DNA from: an uncultured bacterium
GTDB taxonomy: Bacteria; AUK180
DNA length: 64,000 nucleotides
Direction of reading: 5' to 3'
Assembly: GCA_937863565.1 (NCBI GenBank)
Contig: CALMGJ010000012.1
Location: 62,001-126,000, forward strand
Shown: positions 18,658-27,064 of the stretch, one piece after another
Numbering within the stretch: the stretch's first letter is position 1
Layout of the letters: each line of letters begins with the position of its first letter
Notes under the pieces: model-generated
Seen by the model: the letters and a program-made list of their open reading frames with translations, nothing else
What the model was told of the DNA's origin: nothing
The model's database searches: none
Made by a program: the position numbers and the translations under genes

Positions 18658-19819
18658 AACACTTGCGATCTTTATGATCGCCGCATCCATGCTGTCTGCT
18701 GAATTCCTTGACGGGATAGTGGCCCGGATCAATGAGGAGATCATTACAGATTTCGATGTGAAGATAGTCATGTTCTTCGATAAACAGGGCAAACTCACAT
18801 ATGAAAGTATCCTGAACGATCTTATCGACGAGCAGGTCATCATCGCCTCTGCAAAAGACATGAACTACGAGATCATCGATCAGGAGATCGATTATCATGT
18901 GGATCAGACCATCGCCAATCAGAGGTCGCAGTTCGAGTCGGAAGAAGAGTTCCTCGAGGCCATAAAAAATGAAGGGCTCACCCTGTCGTCCCTCACTGAG
19001 AATTACAGGAAACAAATAAAGAACCAGTTCCTCAAGGATAAGATCATTGATGACCGGATCAGGAAAAGGATTTCGATAACGACCCAGGAGGTAGAGGATT
19101 ATTATGCCGCCGCGAAGGACAGCTTCGTTGAAGGAGAACTCAGCTGGGACATCGATGTCATCTATTTTTCCGCCGTTGACAGGGGAGCGATGATCAAACA
19201 GTACGATCAGATCGTGCGCACCGGAAAGATCCCTTCTTCCGTTGAAAAGAAGGAATTTGCTCCTTTATATCTGGATTACCTGAGCGACGAGCAAAAAAAC
19301 CTGTTTTCAATCAGGAAGAATTTTACCGGATATATATTCACCGATAAGGGGCTCTGCTTCTACAGGATAATCAAATGGGAAGGAGAGAATCCGCATGTAG
19401 AATACTGCACGATGCCCTATGCGTCGAGCAAAAAATCCGCCGGCGAAGCTGCTTCCAGGGCTGAAGAGGTGCTTAAAAAGAATAAGGAAGGGGTCAGTTT
19501 CGAAGAGCTCAAACGCTTCAGCGAAGAAGATACGGAGAAACTGCTCTCCCCGGGGAATATCAAAGCGGGTAAAATCGATTCCGAATACAGGAAGGCTTTC
19601 GAGGCTGTAAAAAAAGGCGGCATCTTGACCGTCAGCACCACGCGGGGAATCTATCTTATAAAGATTCTTAATGTGAATTCCCCGAGAGCCCTTGCGATAG
19701 GGGATGTTTATCATAAGATATACGGAAAGATATACGACAAGAAATTCGAGGAACTCTACAAAGAATTCCTGAAAAATGCCAGAGCGGATAACTATGTGAG
19801 GATCTATAAAAATGAGTAA
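18647..19819 (+). CDS. SurA-like periplasmic chaperone
   Basis: Signal peptide, DGIVARINEEIIT SurA-N motif, degenerate parvulin region, C-terminal A.NYVRI. Confidence 0.8.
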   Translation: MKLKTLAIFMIAASMLSAEFLDGIVARINEEIITDFDVKIVMFFDKQGKLTYESILNDLIDEQVIIASAKDMNYEIIDQEIDYHVDQTIANQRSQFESEEEFLEAIKNEGLTLSSLTENYRKQIKNQFLKDKIIDDRIRKRISITTQEVEDYYAAAKDSFVEGELSWDIDVIYFSAVDRGAMIKQYDQIVRTGKIPSSVEKKEFAPLYLDYLSDEQKNLFSIRKNFTGYIFTDKGLCFYRIIKWEGENPHVEYCTMPYASSKKSAGEAASRAEEVLKKNKEGVSFEELKRFSEEDTEKLLSPGNIKAGKIDSEYRKAFEAVKKGGILTVSTTRGIYLIKILNVNSPRALAIGDVYHKIYGKIYDKKFEELYKEFLKNARADNYVRIYKNE

Positions 19820-20423
19820 AGACTTTCTGAACGACAAGAGAACGGACGCATTGAAAGAGCTTGGCAATATCGGAGCCGCACATGCGGCCACGGCATTGTC
19901 GCAGATGCTGGGGCATACTATCCAGATGACCGTCCCGCAGGTAACTTTCGTGAAGAAGACACAGATCGAGAATTCCGAAAAGTTCAAGGATAAAACGGGC
20001 ATCGCCATCTATACGGATATGTACGGAAAGATCAAAGGGAAAATACTCCTGTTCTTCGAATACTCCAATGCCGTGAACCTGGTCGAGATCCTTCTGAAAA
20101 GAGAAGCCGGGTCCGTGCAGAAGATCTCCGAGATAGAGGAATCTGCGCTTAAAGAGGTCGGGAACATACTTTCTTCGGCTTATCTCAATGCCGTATCCCA
20201 GATACTTGACGGCGTGCTTCTTCCCTCGATCCCTTCCATTTCGATCGATACGCTCTCCGGGGTTTTGAGTTTCTTCACCATGGAGTTCAAGGGAATGATC
20301 CAGAATGTGCTTTGGATCGAGACCGAATTAAGAAGCGAGAAAAGCGTAATAACCGGAGATTTCTTTCTATTCCCTCATGAAACCAGTCTGGATGTGATAT
20401 TCAATGCGATGAAGGTGGATTGA
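19812..20423 (+). CDS. cheC: CheC-family CheY-P phosphatase
   Basis: Two ExxN motifs: DALKELGNIG and SALKEVGNIL. Confidence 0.9.
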   Translation: MSKDFLNDKRTDALKELGNIGAAHAATALSQMLGHTIQMTVPQVTFVKKTQIENSEKFKDKTGIAIYTDMYGKIKGKILLFFEYSNAVNLVEILLKREAGSVQKISEIEESALKEVGNILSSAYLNAVSQILDGVLLPSIPSISIDTLSGVLSFFTMEFKGMIQNVLWIETELRSEKSVITGDFFLFPHETSLDVIFNAMKVD

Positions 20424-21226
20424 TGAGCATCAGGCTCCCGGCGCAAGCCGGAGCTTTCTATCCCTCCGGTGACAAAGAGATCGCTGAATTCTTCGGGTCC
20501 GTTCCCGAACCGGAGAAAAAAGACGCTGTCTGCGCGATAGTCCCTCATGCCGGTTGGATCTATTCGGGTTCCACGGCGCTTAAAGCGCTGAAGAACCTTG
20601 CTCCTGCTTCAACAGTGATCATGCTCGGACCCGATCATTACGGAATTTCCCGCCGCGCAGGCATCTATCCCCATGATTGCATCTGGAAACTACCGAACGG
20701 GGAACTTGCATGTTCCCCAAAAGTGAAAGAGATGAAGTCCGCATGCCCCTGGCTTTCGGAAGTTGATATCAAATATGACAGGGAGCATTCCCTTGAAGTG
20801 CTGTTGCCTTTCCTCATTGAACATTTCGGAAGTAGCGCTCAGCTGGTGCCGCTCATCATGTACGATTACGAAAAAGAAAAAATGAATGAGATCGCTGAAG
20901 CCGTTCTTGGGATCATCAGAGAAGGCAAAGGGAGCGCCGCCCTTATCGGAAGCAGCGATTTTTCCCATTTCGTTCCTGCAGCCCGTGCTCAAAAGAACGA
21001 TATGCTGGTCATAGATAGGATACTCGCTCTTGATCACGGAGCCCTGCATTCGGCCGTGAAGGAGAACGATGTTTCCATGTGCGGCCTGGGCCCTGTCTAT
21101 ATAACCACTTTTATCGCCGCCTCACTCGGCCTTAGACCGGAACTTCTTGAATACACATCGAGTGGCGCAGTGACAGGTGACGACAGGGACGTAGTGGCTT
21201 ACGCAGGCATCGTATTCAGAAAATGA
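20423..21226 (+). CDS. amrB: AmmeMemoRadiSam system protein B (MEMO1 family)
   Basis: AGAFYP, PHAGWIYSG, GPDH, EHSLEV, SSDFSH, MCG, VAYA. Confidence 0.92.
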   Translation: MSIRLPAQAGAFYPSGDKEIAEFFGSVPEPEKKDAVCAIVPHAGWIYSGSTALKALKNLAPASTVIMLGPDHYGISRRAGIYPHDCIWKLPNGELACSPKVKEMKSACPWLSEVDIKYDREHSLEVLLPFLIEHFGSSAQLVPLIMYDYEKEKMNEIAEAVLGIIREGKGSAALIGSSDFSHFVPAARAQKNDMLVIDRILALDHGALHSAVKENDVSMCGLGPVYITTFIAASLGLRPELLEYTSSGAVTGDDRDVVAYAGIVFRK

Positions 21227-22770
21227 ACATCTCTCCATATATCATGAGGACTTTCTCATCCTGTCCCAGGAAATACAGTTTTCAGTATCTGAAGGGATTA
21301 GGGGAGATTTACAAGGGTGATGCAAGGATGTTCAGTTACTCGAACCTTGTTCACAGCGCCCTTTTTGACATTTACGGAGATGATCCCGGAAAGGCGAATG
21401 TCAGAAAAGCTCTTTCCGAAGCGGCCGCAAGTTCGGGTATACGGGACAATTCGATGATAGACGAGGCGCGCAGCGCCATAGAGGATTATCTGAAAAGCTC
21501 TTCTTCTAAAGGAAAAGTTTTCCGCAACAACGAGAATATGACAGTGAAATGGGTGCAGAATGAATTCTTCATTCACTGCGACAGAATAGATATTTCAAAC
21601 GATATGCTGACCGTAATAGATTACAAAACGGGAAAGTCAAGACTGTCGGCCGACGAGGCGAAGGAAGATATCCAGAACGCCCTTTACAGGATCCTCACAG
21701 AAGAGAAGTTCAAAAAACCCGTAAAGGAGATCGTTCTTACCAATCTCACATCCAGACAGGAGATCAGACTCCGCCGGGAAGAACTGCTGCCGGAAGATCG
21801 CGCCAAAGGCCTTGTACGGACATTTATCGACGACCACAACAACATGAAGAAAGAGGGCTTTAAAGGCATTCCCGGCAGTCAATGCAAGTACTGCAATTTC
21901 AAGATCATCTGTCCTGATGCGGATGAGGATCTGAAATACTCGATAAACTACGATCCGATCTTGGGGGATATTTACAGGCTTAACGAGAAGATCAGGGAAC
22001 TGTCCGGGATACTGGACGAGAACATTCTTCATGGGAAGATACTGGAGGGATTCCTTGCATTGTCGGGCCTGCCTCACGCTGCGCTGGTCGATCCGGAAAA
22101 ACCGTCGATCAAGAGCGGAGAGAAAGTATTCTATATCAATGACGGGGCAGCGAATATCGCTGCGGTGAAAGCCAAAGGCGGCGACGATATTCCCTTCAAG
22201 AAGGAAGCGATTCTTGAAAGTTACCTGTCACAATCTGCGATCTTCCTTCATAATGCCAGGCTTTACCATAAAGCCAATACGGACAGGATGACGGGTTTCT
22301 ACCACCAGTCATTTTTAAAGAATTATATTGCCGGATTGATCGACGCCGGCTCGCCATTCTCGCTCATCATGTTCGATCTCGATCATTTCAAGAGCATTAA
22401 TGACACATACGGGCATCAAACGGGAGATATAGTTCTTATCGGGTTCGCTTCTTTGCTGAAGGAGAATATAAGACTCGAGAATGAAGATATAATCGCACGG
22501 TACGGCGGCGAGGAATTCGCCGTTCTGCTGTTCGAAAAGAACGTAAGATCGGCCGTGTCGATCGCGGACCGTGTGAGGGTAAAACTTGAGAAAAGCACAT
22601 TCCGGTCAGTGGACGGACGAACAATAAATATTACTGTGAGCGCCGGAGTGAACGGGTATGAACCGGGTAAGGGAAGTACGGCCTTGAATGTGATAGAGGA
22701 TTGCGATAAAGCGCTGTACGGCGCGAAAGAGACCGGACGCAACCGCGTCCATATGAATATTGAGGAGTAA
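21223..22770 (+). CDS. Fusion: PD-(D/E)XK (Cas4/RecB-like, 4-Cys) nuclease + GAF-like remnant + GGDEF diguanylate cyclase
   Basis: SSCPRKY, CDRID, IDYKTG, QNALY, CKYCNFKIICP; D.MTG, DLDHFKSINDTYGH..GD, RYGGEEF, D.ALY.AK..GRN. Confidence 0.88.
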   Translation: MNISPYIMRTFSSCPRKYSFQYLKGLGEIYKGDARMFSYSNLVHSALFDIYGDDPGKANVRKALSEAAASSGIRDNSMIDEARSAIEDYLKSSSSKGKVFRNNENMTVKWVQNEFFIHCDRIDISNDMLTVIDYKTGKSRLSADEAKEDIQNALYRILTEEKFKKPVKEIVLTNLTSRQEIRLRREELLPEDRAKGLVRTFIDDHNNMKKEGFKGIPGSQCKYCNFKIICPDADEDLKYSINYDPILGDIYRLNEKIRELSGILDENILHGKILEGFLALSGLPHAALVDPEKPSIKSGEKVFYINDGAANIAAVKAKGGDDIPFKKEAILESYLSQSAIFLHNARLYHKANTDRMTGFYHQSFLKNYIAGLIDAGSPFSLIMFDLDHFKSINDTYGHQTGDIVLIGFASLLKENIRLENEDIIARYGGEEFAVLLFEKNVRSAVSIADRVRVKLEKSTFRSVDGRTINITVSAGVNGYEPGKGSTALNVIEDCDKALYGAKETGRNRVHMNIEE

Positions 22771-22774
22771 AGGT

Positions 22775-23764
22775 ATGAAGAAAATAATACTGATGATAGC
22801 GGTCTTCACCGCGGCTTTGCTGATGGTAAACTGCAAGGGCAGGGAATGCGTTCCGCCGGAGATGACGAGGATAAATCTGGACGATTATCCGCTCACGGAG
22901 GACATCAAGGATAAGATAATAGTCGGGAAGACCGATGAAGGGATCGTTGTTACGGCACAAGATCTCTATGACTGGCTGGACCTGTTCTACTCCGGAAAGA
23001 AGAACATCATCCTCTCCGATCCCGCGGAAACGGAAAAGATAATAAACGACATTCTCGAGCAGAAGATCGGCGTTTATATTGCAAAAAGCCGCGGATACGA
23101 CCGCGAACCGGATTTCCTGAATTCTCTGCAGATGCTCAAGAAAAATTGGGAGGTTCGCGCCGAATATAATCTTGTGAAAAAACTCATCACCTTGGAAGTG
23201 GATAAAAGGATAGACCGGTCCGCTGCCGCACTGCGAAAATTCTACAGGGAGAACAAAAACGATATAGACAGATATTATGTGTATCTCATTATAACCCAAT
23301 GTTTCGAGAACAGCACTCAGGAAGAAGTGATAAGGGCTAAAAATAAGATCGAGGAGGCATACTCGCTTCTGAAAAAAGGAGAATCGTTCCCCAGCGTCGC
23401 GCGCATATATCTGGAGGGAAATCCCGACTGGGTCGCTCAGGGCGGTTTAATAGGATGGGTTCATCTCGGCGAGAGCTCCAAGGTGTTCGATTATAATCTT
23501 GAAAGAATGAAAGAGGGGAAATTCTCGGAACCCTTCCGGTCCCGCGAAGGCTGGGTGATCATCTATGTGGAAAAAATTGAGAAATTCGCGGAACGTGAGA
23601 ACTATATTAAAGCGCTCTACTATGATAAGATGGTCGGGCGGCTCAATATTCCCGTGAAAAAGGAGCTGGTAGGCCCCTATAAGAGGCAGATCTATCTCGA
23701 CACGCTCGATAAATACATCAAGGGAAAGATGAGCGAGGTTGAAAAGAGCATTCCGGAAAAATGA
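22775..23764 (+). CDS. Parvulin-type peptidyl-prolyl isomerase, probable lipoprotein (PrsA/SurA-like)
   Basis: Signal peptide ending ..VNC, GESF..VA, GGLIGW, SEPF.S..GW.I. Confidence 0.8.
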   Translation: MKKIILMIAVFTAALLMVNCKGRECVPPEMTRINLDDYPLTEDIKDKIIVGKTDEGIVVTAQDLYDWLDLFYSGKKNIILSDPAETEKIINDILEQKIGVYIAKSRGYDREPDFLNSLQMLKKNWEVRAEYNLVKKLITLEVDKRIDRSAAALRKFYRENKNDIDRYYVYLIITQCFENSTQEEVIRAKNKIEEAYSLLKKGESFPSVARIYLEGNPDWVAQGGLIGWVHLGESSKVFDYNLERMKEGKFSEPFRSREGWVIIYVEKIEKFAERENYIKALYYDKMVGRLNIPVKKELVGPYKRQIYLDTLDKYIKGKMSEVEKSIPEK

Positions 23765-24581
23765 TACCTTTATCCCCGAAAAGATATTGAAAGCTCCGGC
23801 GGCTCTTCTTCTGATCCTTACAGCCTCTTCATCATCCGCGGCAGAGGGTGCAGAGCATGTATTGGCGCACACGGAAACACTACCCTATTTTCTTATGCTT
23901 CTCGCTTCTTTTTTCATTTTACAGACAATAAGGATCAAAAAGATCAAAATAAGGGAGATCCCCGCCGTTCGCGCTATGGAAGAAGCCGTAGGCAGATCGA
24001 CGGAGATGGGAAAGCCGGTCCTTTTCATTACGGGATTGAAACCTATACCGGCAGTCTCCGCGATTGCTGCCGTGAATATACTCGGCGAAGTGGCATCGGT
24101 ATGCGCATCTTACAACACACCTATTGTTTCCCCGCACAGCAATTCCTTTACGATGCTTGCGGCGCAGGAAGAGATCCGTGAAGCATTCCAGAAAAAGAAC
24201 AATTTCGAACTCATCAATTCGAGCAGGATCTTTTTCGTAACGGATTCTCAGTTCCCCTTTGCCGCTTCCGTGAACTCCATTACAAATGAACTCAAACCCT
24301 CGGCCATCTTCTATATGGGCACTTTCTACGCTGAATCGCTCATACTCACGGAATACGGTCAATCCCAGGGAGCCGTTCAGATAGCCGGTACAGACTCGGT
24401 CGCGCAGATGCCGTTCTTCATAACGAGCTGCGACTATCTTCTTCTCGGCGAGGAGTTCTTTACGGCCAGCGCAATAATAAAGAACGATGAAAAGGAATTG
24501 CGCACTATCGCCGCTTTGGATGCGGCGAAGATCGTCACGATGGTCCTTTTGGTCTACAGCTTCGCAAGGTCGTTCCTGTGA
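23739..24581 (+). CDS. Membrane protein with soluble alpha/beta domain (resembles DUF6754)
   Basis: IREIPAV.A.EEAVGRSTEMGKPV, FYAESL..E, QIAGT, Q.PFF..CDY.LLGEE; start uncertain (TTG 23739 or 23787). Confidence 0.75.
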   Translation: MKRAFRKNDTFIPEKILKAPAALLLILTASSSSAAEGAEHVLAHTETLPYFLMLLASFFILQTIRIKKIKIREIPAVRAMEEAVGRSTEMGKPVLFITGLKPIPAVSAIAAVNILGEVASVCASYNTPIVSPHSNSFTMLAAQEEIREAFQKKNNFELINSSRIFFVTDSQFPFAASVNSITNELKPSAIFYMGTFYAESLILTEYGQSQGAVQIAGTDSVAQMPFFITSCDYLLLGEEFFTASAIIKNDEKELRTIAALDAAKIVTMVLLVYSFARSFL

Positions 24582-25234
24582 AGGAGACCGCTGTGCTCAT
24601 TATCGTTCTTATAGGCGGCATACTGATGATAGCCCAATATTTTCTCAACATACCTTTTCTGAACAGCCTTTATAAAAAAATCCTGGATTGGTCCATTGTG
24701 ATCTCAATATTCGCTCTCGTTATCGCCATCCGCTCGCTTCTTGCAAGGCAGTTCAAAGCGATCCGCGAAAGAACGGAGCATATAGTACTCCCCTTAACCA
24801 CGATCGTCTCGTTTTCCGCGGTTGTTATCATAGGGCTCATCTGGGGCGTCGGCGAAGGCGGATTCGTGGATACCGTTTATAAAAAATTCCTTGTTCCCAT
24901 GCAGGCGGCAATATTCTCCCTTCTCGCATTCTATATCGCCTCGGCCTCGTACAGAGCTTTCCGGGCAAAGAACTTTTCCTCGATCGTTCTTCTCGCTGCC
25001 GCCTCGATCGTGATAATCGGCCGGATCCCGCTCGGCGACGCATTGGCGGATATGACCACGGTTACCCTTAAAAGCGGCCCCTTCGCGCTTATAGATTTTC
25101 CCCGCTGGGCCGAATGGATACTCAATGTGCCCAATGTCGGGATTAAAAGAGCTTTCGCCTTCGGCATCACGATAGGTATCGTTTTCACTTCGCTTAAAGT
25201 GATCTTCGGCATAGAAAGAGGATATCTGAAATGA
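24578..25234 (+). CDS. Uncharacterised 6-TM membrane protein
   Basis: Six hydrophobic segments; FSLLAFYIASASYRAFR, GRIPLG, W.LNVP...KRA..FG; GTGA overlap. Confidence 0.8.
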   Translation: MKETAVLIIVLIGGILMIAQYFLNIPFLNSLYKKILDWSIVISIFALVIAIRSLLARQFKAIRERTEHIVLPLTTIVSFSAVVIIGLIWGVGEGGFVDTVYKKFLVPMQAAIFSLLAFYIASASYRAFRAKNFSSIVLLAAASIVIIGRIPLGDALADMTTVTLKSGPFALIDFPRWAEWILNVPNVGIKRAFAFGITIGIVFTSLKVIFGIERGYLK

Positions 25235-26028
25235 AGATCAAAAGGCAGTACATATACGCCGTATTATTCATTTCTGTGGTAATACCTCTTGCCACCGGAC
25301 TCACGTTCAAGGTCAGGCCGGGCCCTCCTGTAAAAAAATTCTATAGCGCTGTGAACGGTCTTAATGAAGGCGATTATGCCGCAGTAACGCTTTCTTACGA
25401 TCCCTCGACAAAGGCTGAATTGAATCCCATGGTGATCGCGCTCTGCGGTCATCTCTTCAGCCGTGATGTGAAGATCATCATGATGAACCCTCTGAATAAC
25501 AGCATAGGGAATCTGGGATATGAGCTTATAACCCGCGCGGCATCCCTATACGGAAAAAAGGAGAACGATGATTATTATTTCCTCGGTTATGTGCCGGGGG
25601 AGAAGTCCGCCCTCCAGAATATGGGAGAGGATTTCTATTCGGTTTATTCGAAGACATTCATGAAGGCCGAACTCAAGGACCTTCCTTTATACCGGGATAT
25701 CAAAACAATAGCCGACGCAAAGATGCTCATCGATATCTCTGACGGCAATTCCACGGTGGACCTTCTGACATATGTCAATACAAAATACGGCGTTCCCATG
25801 GCTGCGGGAACAACCGCCATCATGGCCGGAGAATACTATACATATCTCAATTCCGGCCAGCTTCTCGGCATGCTGGGCGGCCTCCGTGGCGCGGCGGAAT
25901 ACGAAACGATGCTCGGGGTGAACGGAAAGGGAAGAAGAGGAATGGCCGCGCAGACCTTTGCCCATATACTCGTTCTCCTTCTTGTGCTCGCCGGCAATAT
26001 AGAATATTTTTCGGGGAGAAGGAAATGA
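25231..26028 (+). CDS. Uncharacterised membrane-anchored protein (N- and C-terminal TM, soluble core)
   Basis: AELNP, DY..LGY.PG, YLNSGQL.G.LGGLRGAAEYE, M.AQ...H; ATGA overlaps. Confidence 0.8.
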   Translation: MKIKRQYIYAVLFISVVIPLATGLTFKVRPGPPVKKFYSAVNGLNEGDYAAVTLSYDPSTKAELNPMVIALCGHLFSRDVKIIMMNPLNNSIGNLGYELITRAASLYGKKENDDYYFLGYVPGEKSALQNMGEDFYSVYSKTFMKAELKDLPLYRDIKTIADAKMLIDISDGNSTVDLLTYVNTKYGVPMAAGTTAIMAGEYYTYLNSGQLLGMLGGLRGAAEYETMLGVNGKGRRGMAAQTFAHILVLLLVLAGNIEYFSGRRK

Positions 26029-26618
26029 TCCTCGATCTTATCACTCTTGCCCTCATCATCTGTATCTTTTCATTTCTCTTCAAGGATAATCCGTTCTTCA
26101 AATTTACGGAAAGGCTTCTCGTCGGCGTTTCTGCCGGATACGGATTCCTTATAATAATACGTGACGGCTTCCTTGCGAAATTCGTAGATCCGCTCCGGAC
26201 AGGTGACCTCTCTGTGATCATTCCGGGTCTTCTGGGGCTCATGTTCGTATTCACCCTTTTCAGAAGAACTGCTTTTCTCGCGAAGTATCCGCTGGCTTTC
26301 TTGCTGGGCACAGGCGCCGGCATGGAGATCGGCCCGAGGATAGAGACATCGATAATAAAGCAGATCTCGGCAATGGGATCGCACGTTTCAGGACCCGTGG
26401 AGATCATAAACAGAACAGTGCTTTTCATCTCCGCGCTTTCATCACTGTACTACTTTCTTTTTGCCGTGAGGAAAAATACGAAGTTCGATCGCTTCTTCGC
26501 CGGAACCGGTATCGTGTTCATGATGATAGCTTTCGGTGCCACATTCGGCTATACTGTGATGTCAAGGATATCGCTTCTTATTGATATCATCGATTCCGTC
26601 GTTCTGAGATTCTTCTAA
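26025..26618 (+). CDS. Uncharacterised 6-TM membrane protein
   Basis: SFLFKDNPFF...E...VGVSAGY, GTGAG, FGATFGYTVMSR. Confidence 0.8.
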   Translation: MILDLITLALIICIFSFLFKDNPFFKFTERLLVGVSAGYGFLIIIRDGFLAKFVDPLRTGDLSVIIPGLLGLMFVFTLFRRTAFLAKYPLAFLLGTGAGMEIGPRIETSIIKQISAMGSHVSGPVEIINRTVLFISALSSLYYFLFAVRKNTKFDRFFAGTGIVFMMIAFGATFGYTVMSRISLLIDIIDSVVLRFF

Positions 26619-27064
26619 AAAGTGTTCTTGCAGGTATTGCACTCGAAATAAAATACGGACGAGAAATGCTCCGAGAAAATAAAAAAAAATGGAATGAAAA
26701 GCAGAAGCGGGAATACAACTATGCAAAGGATTACGATATTCGGCTTAAGCTTGCGCATGGTATCTGTTCCACCGCAGAACGGGCATTTCCTGCCGGTTTC
26801 GTCGTCTATCTGATCTTCGGTAAGTTCATTCAGTGAATCATAAGCCTCATCAGGGGAAATGTCTATACCTTTTTCCAGGAGTTTCTCAGCTTCCTTCATC
26901 TGTTCCGGGGGCACGAGAATGTATGCTCCCTTGGTTCCGATATTCCCCGGGATCTTGTCTATCTTTATCTCGGCGTCTATGCCGTTATTCCGGAGAAATG
27001 TCTTCAGCATCTCGGCTTCGAAATCATTGTCCAGTGTTTTCAAAATGAGCATTTCATCGTTCAT
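26615..27064 (-). CDS. DUF2007-like domain + CxxC...CxxC zinc ribbon flanking one TM
   Basis: EAEMLK..L..NGI, ILVP.E...A..LL; CPFC / TM / CNTC. Confidence 0.7.
   Translation of the reverse strand: MNDEMLILKTLDNDFEAEMLKTFLRNNGIDAEIKIDKIPGNIGTKGAYILVPPEQMKEAEKLLEKGIDISPDEAYDSLNELTEDQIDDETGRKCPFCGGTDTMRKLKPNIVILCIVVFPLLLFIPFFFIFSEHFSSVFYFECNTCKNTF

Noticed and set aside
21223-21930. Cas4 as evidence of a CRISPR-Cas locus
   Set aside because: No cas1/cas2 and no repeat-spacer array seen anywhere in the window
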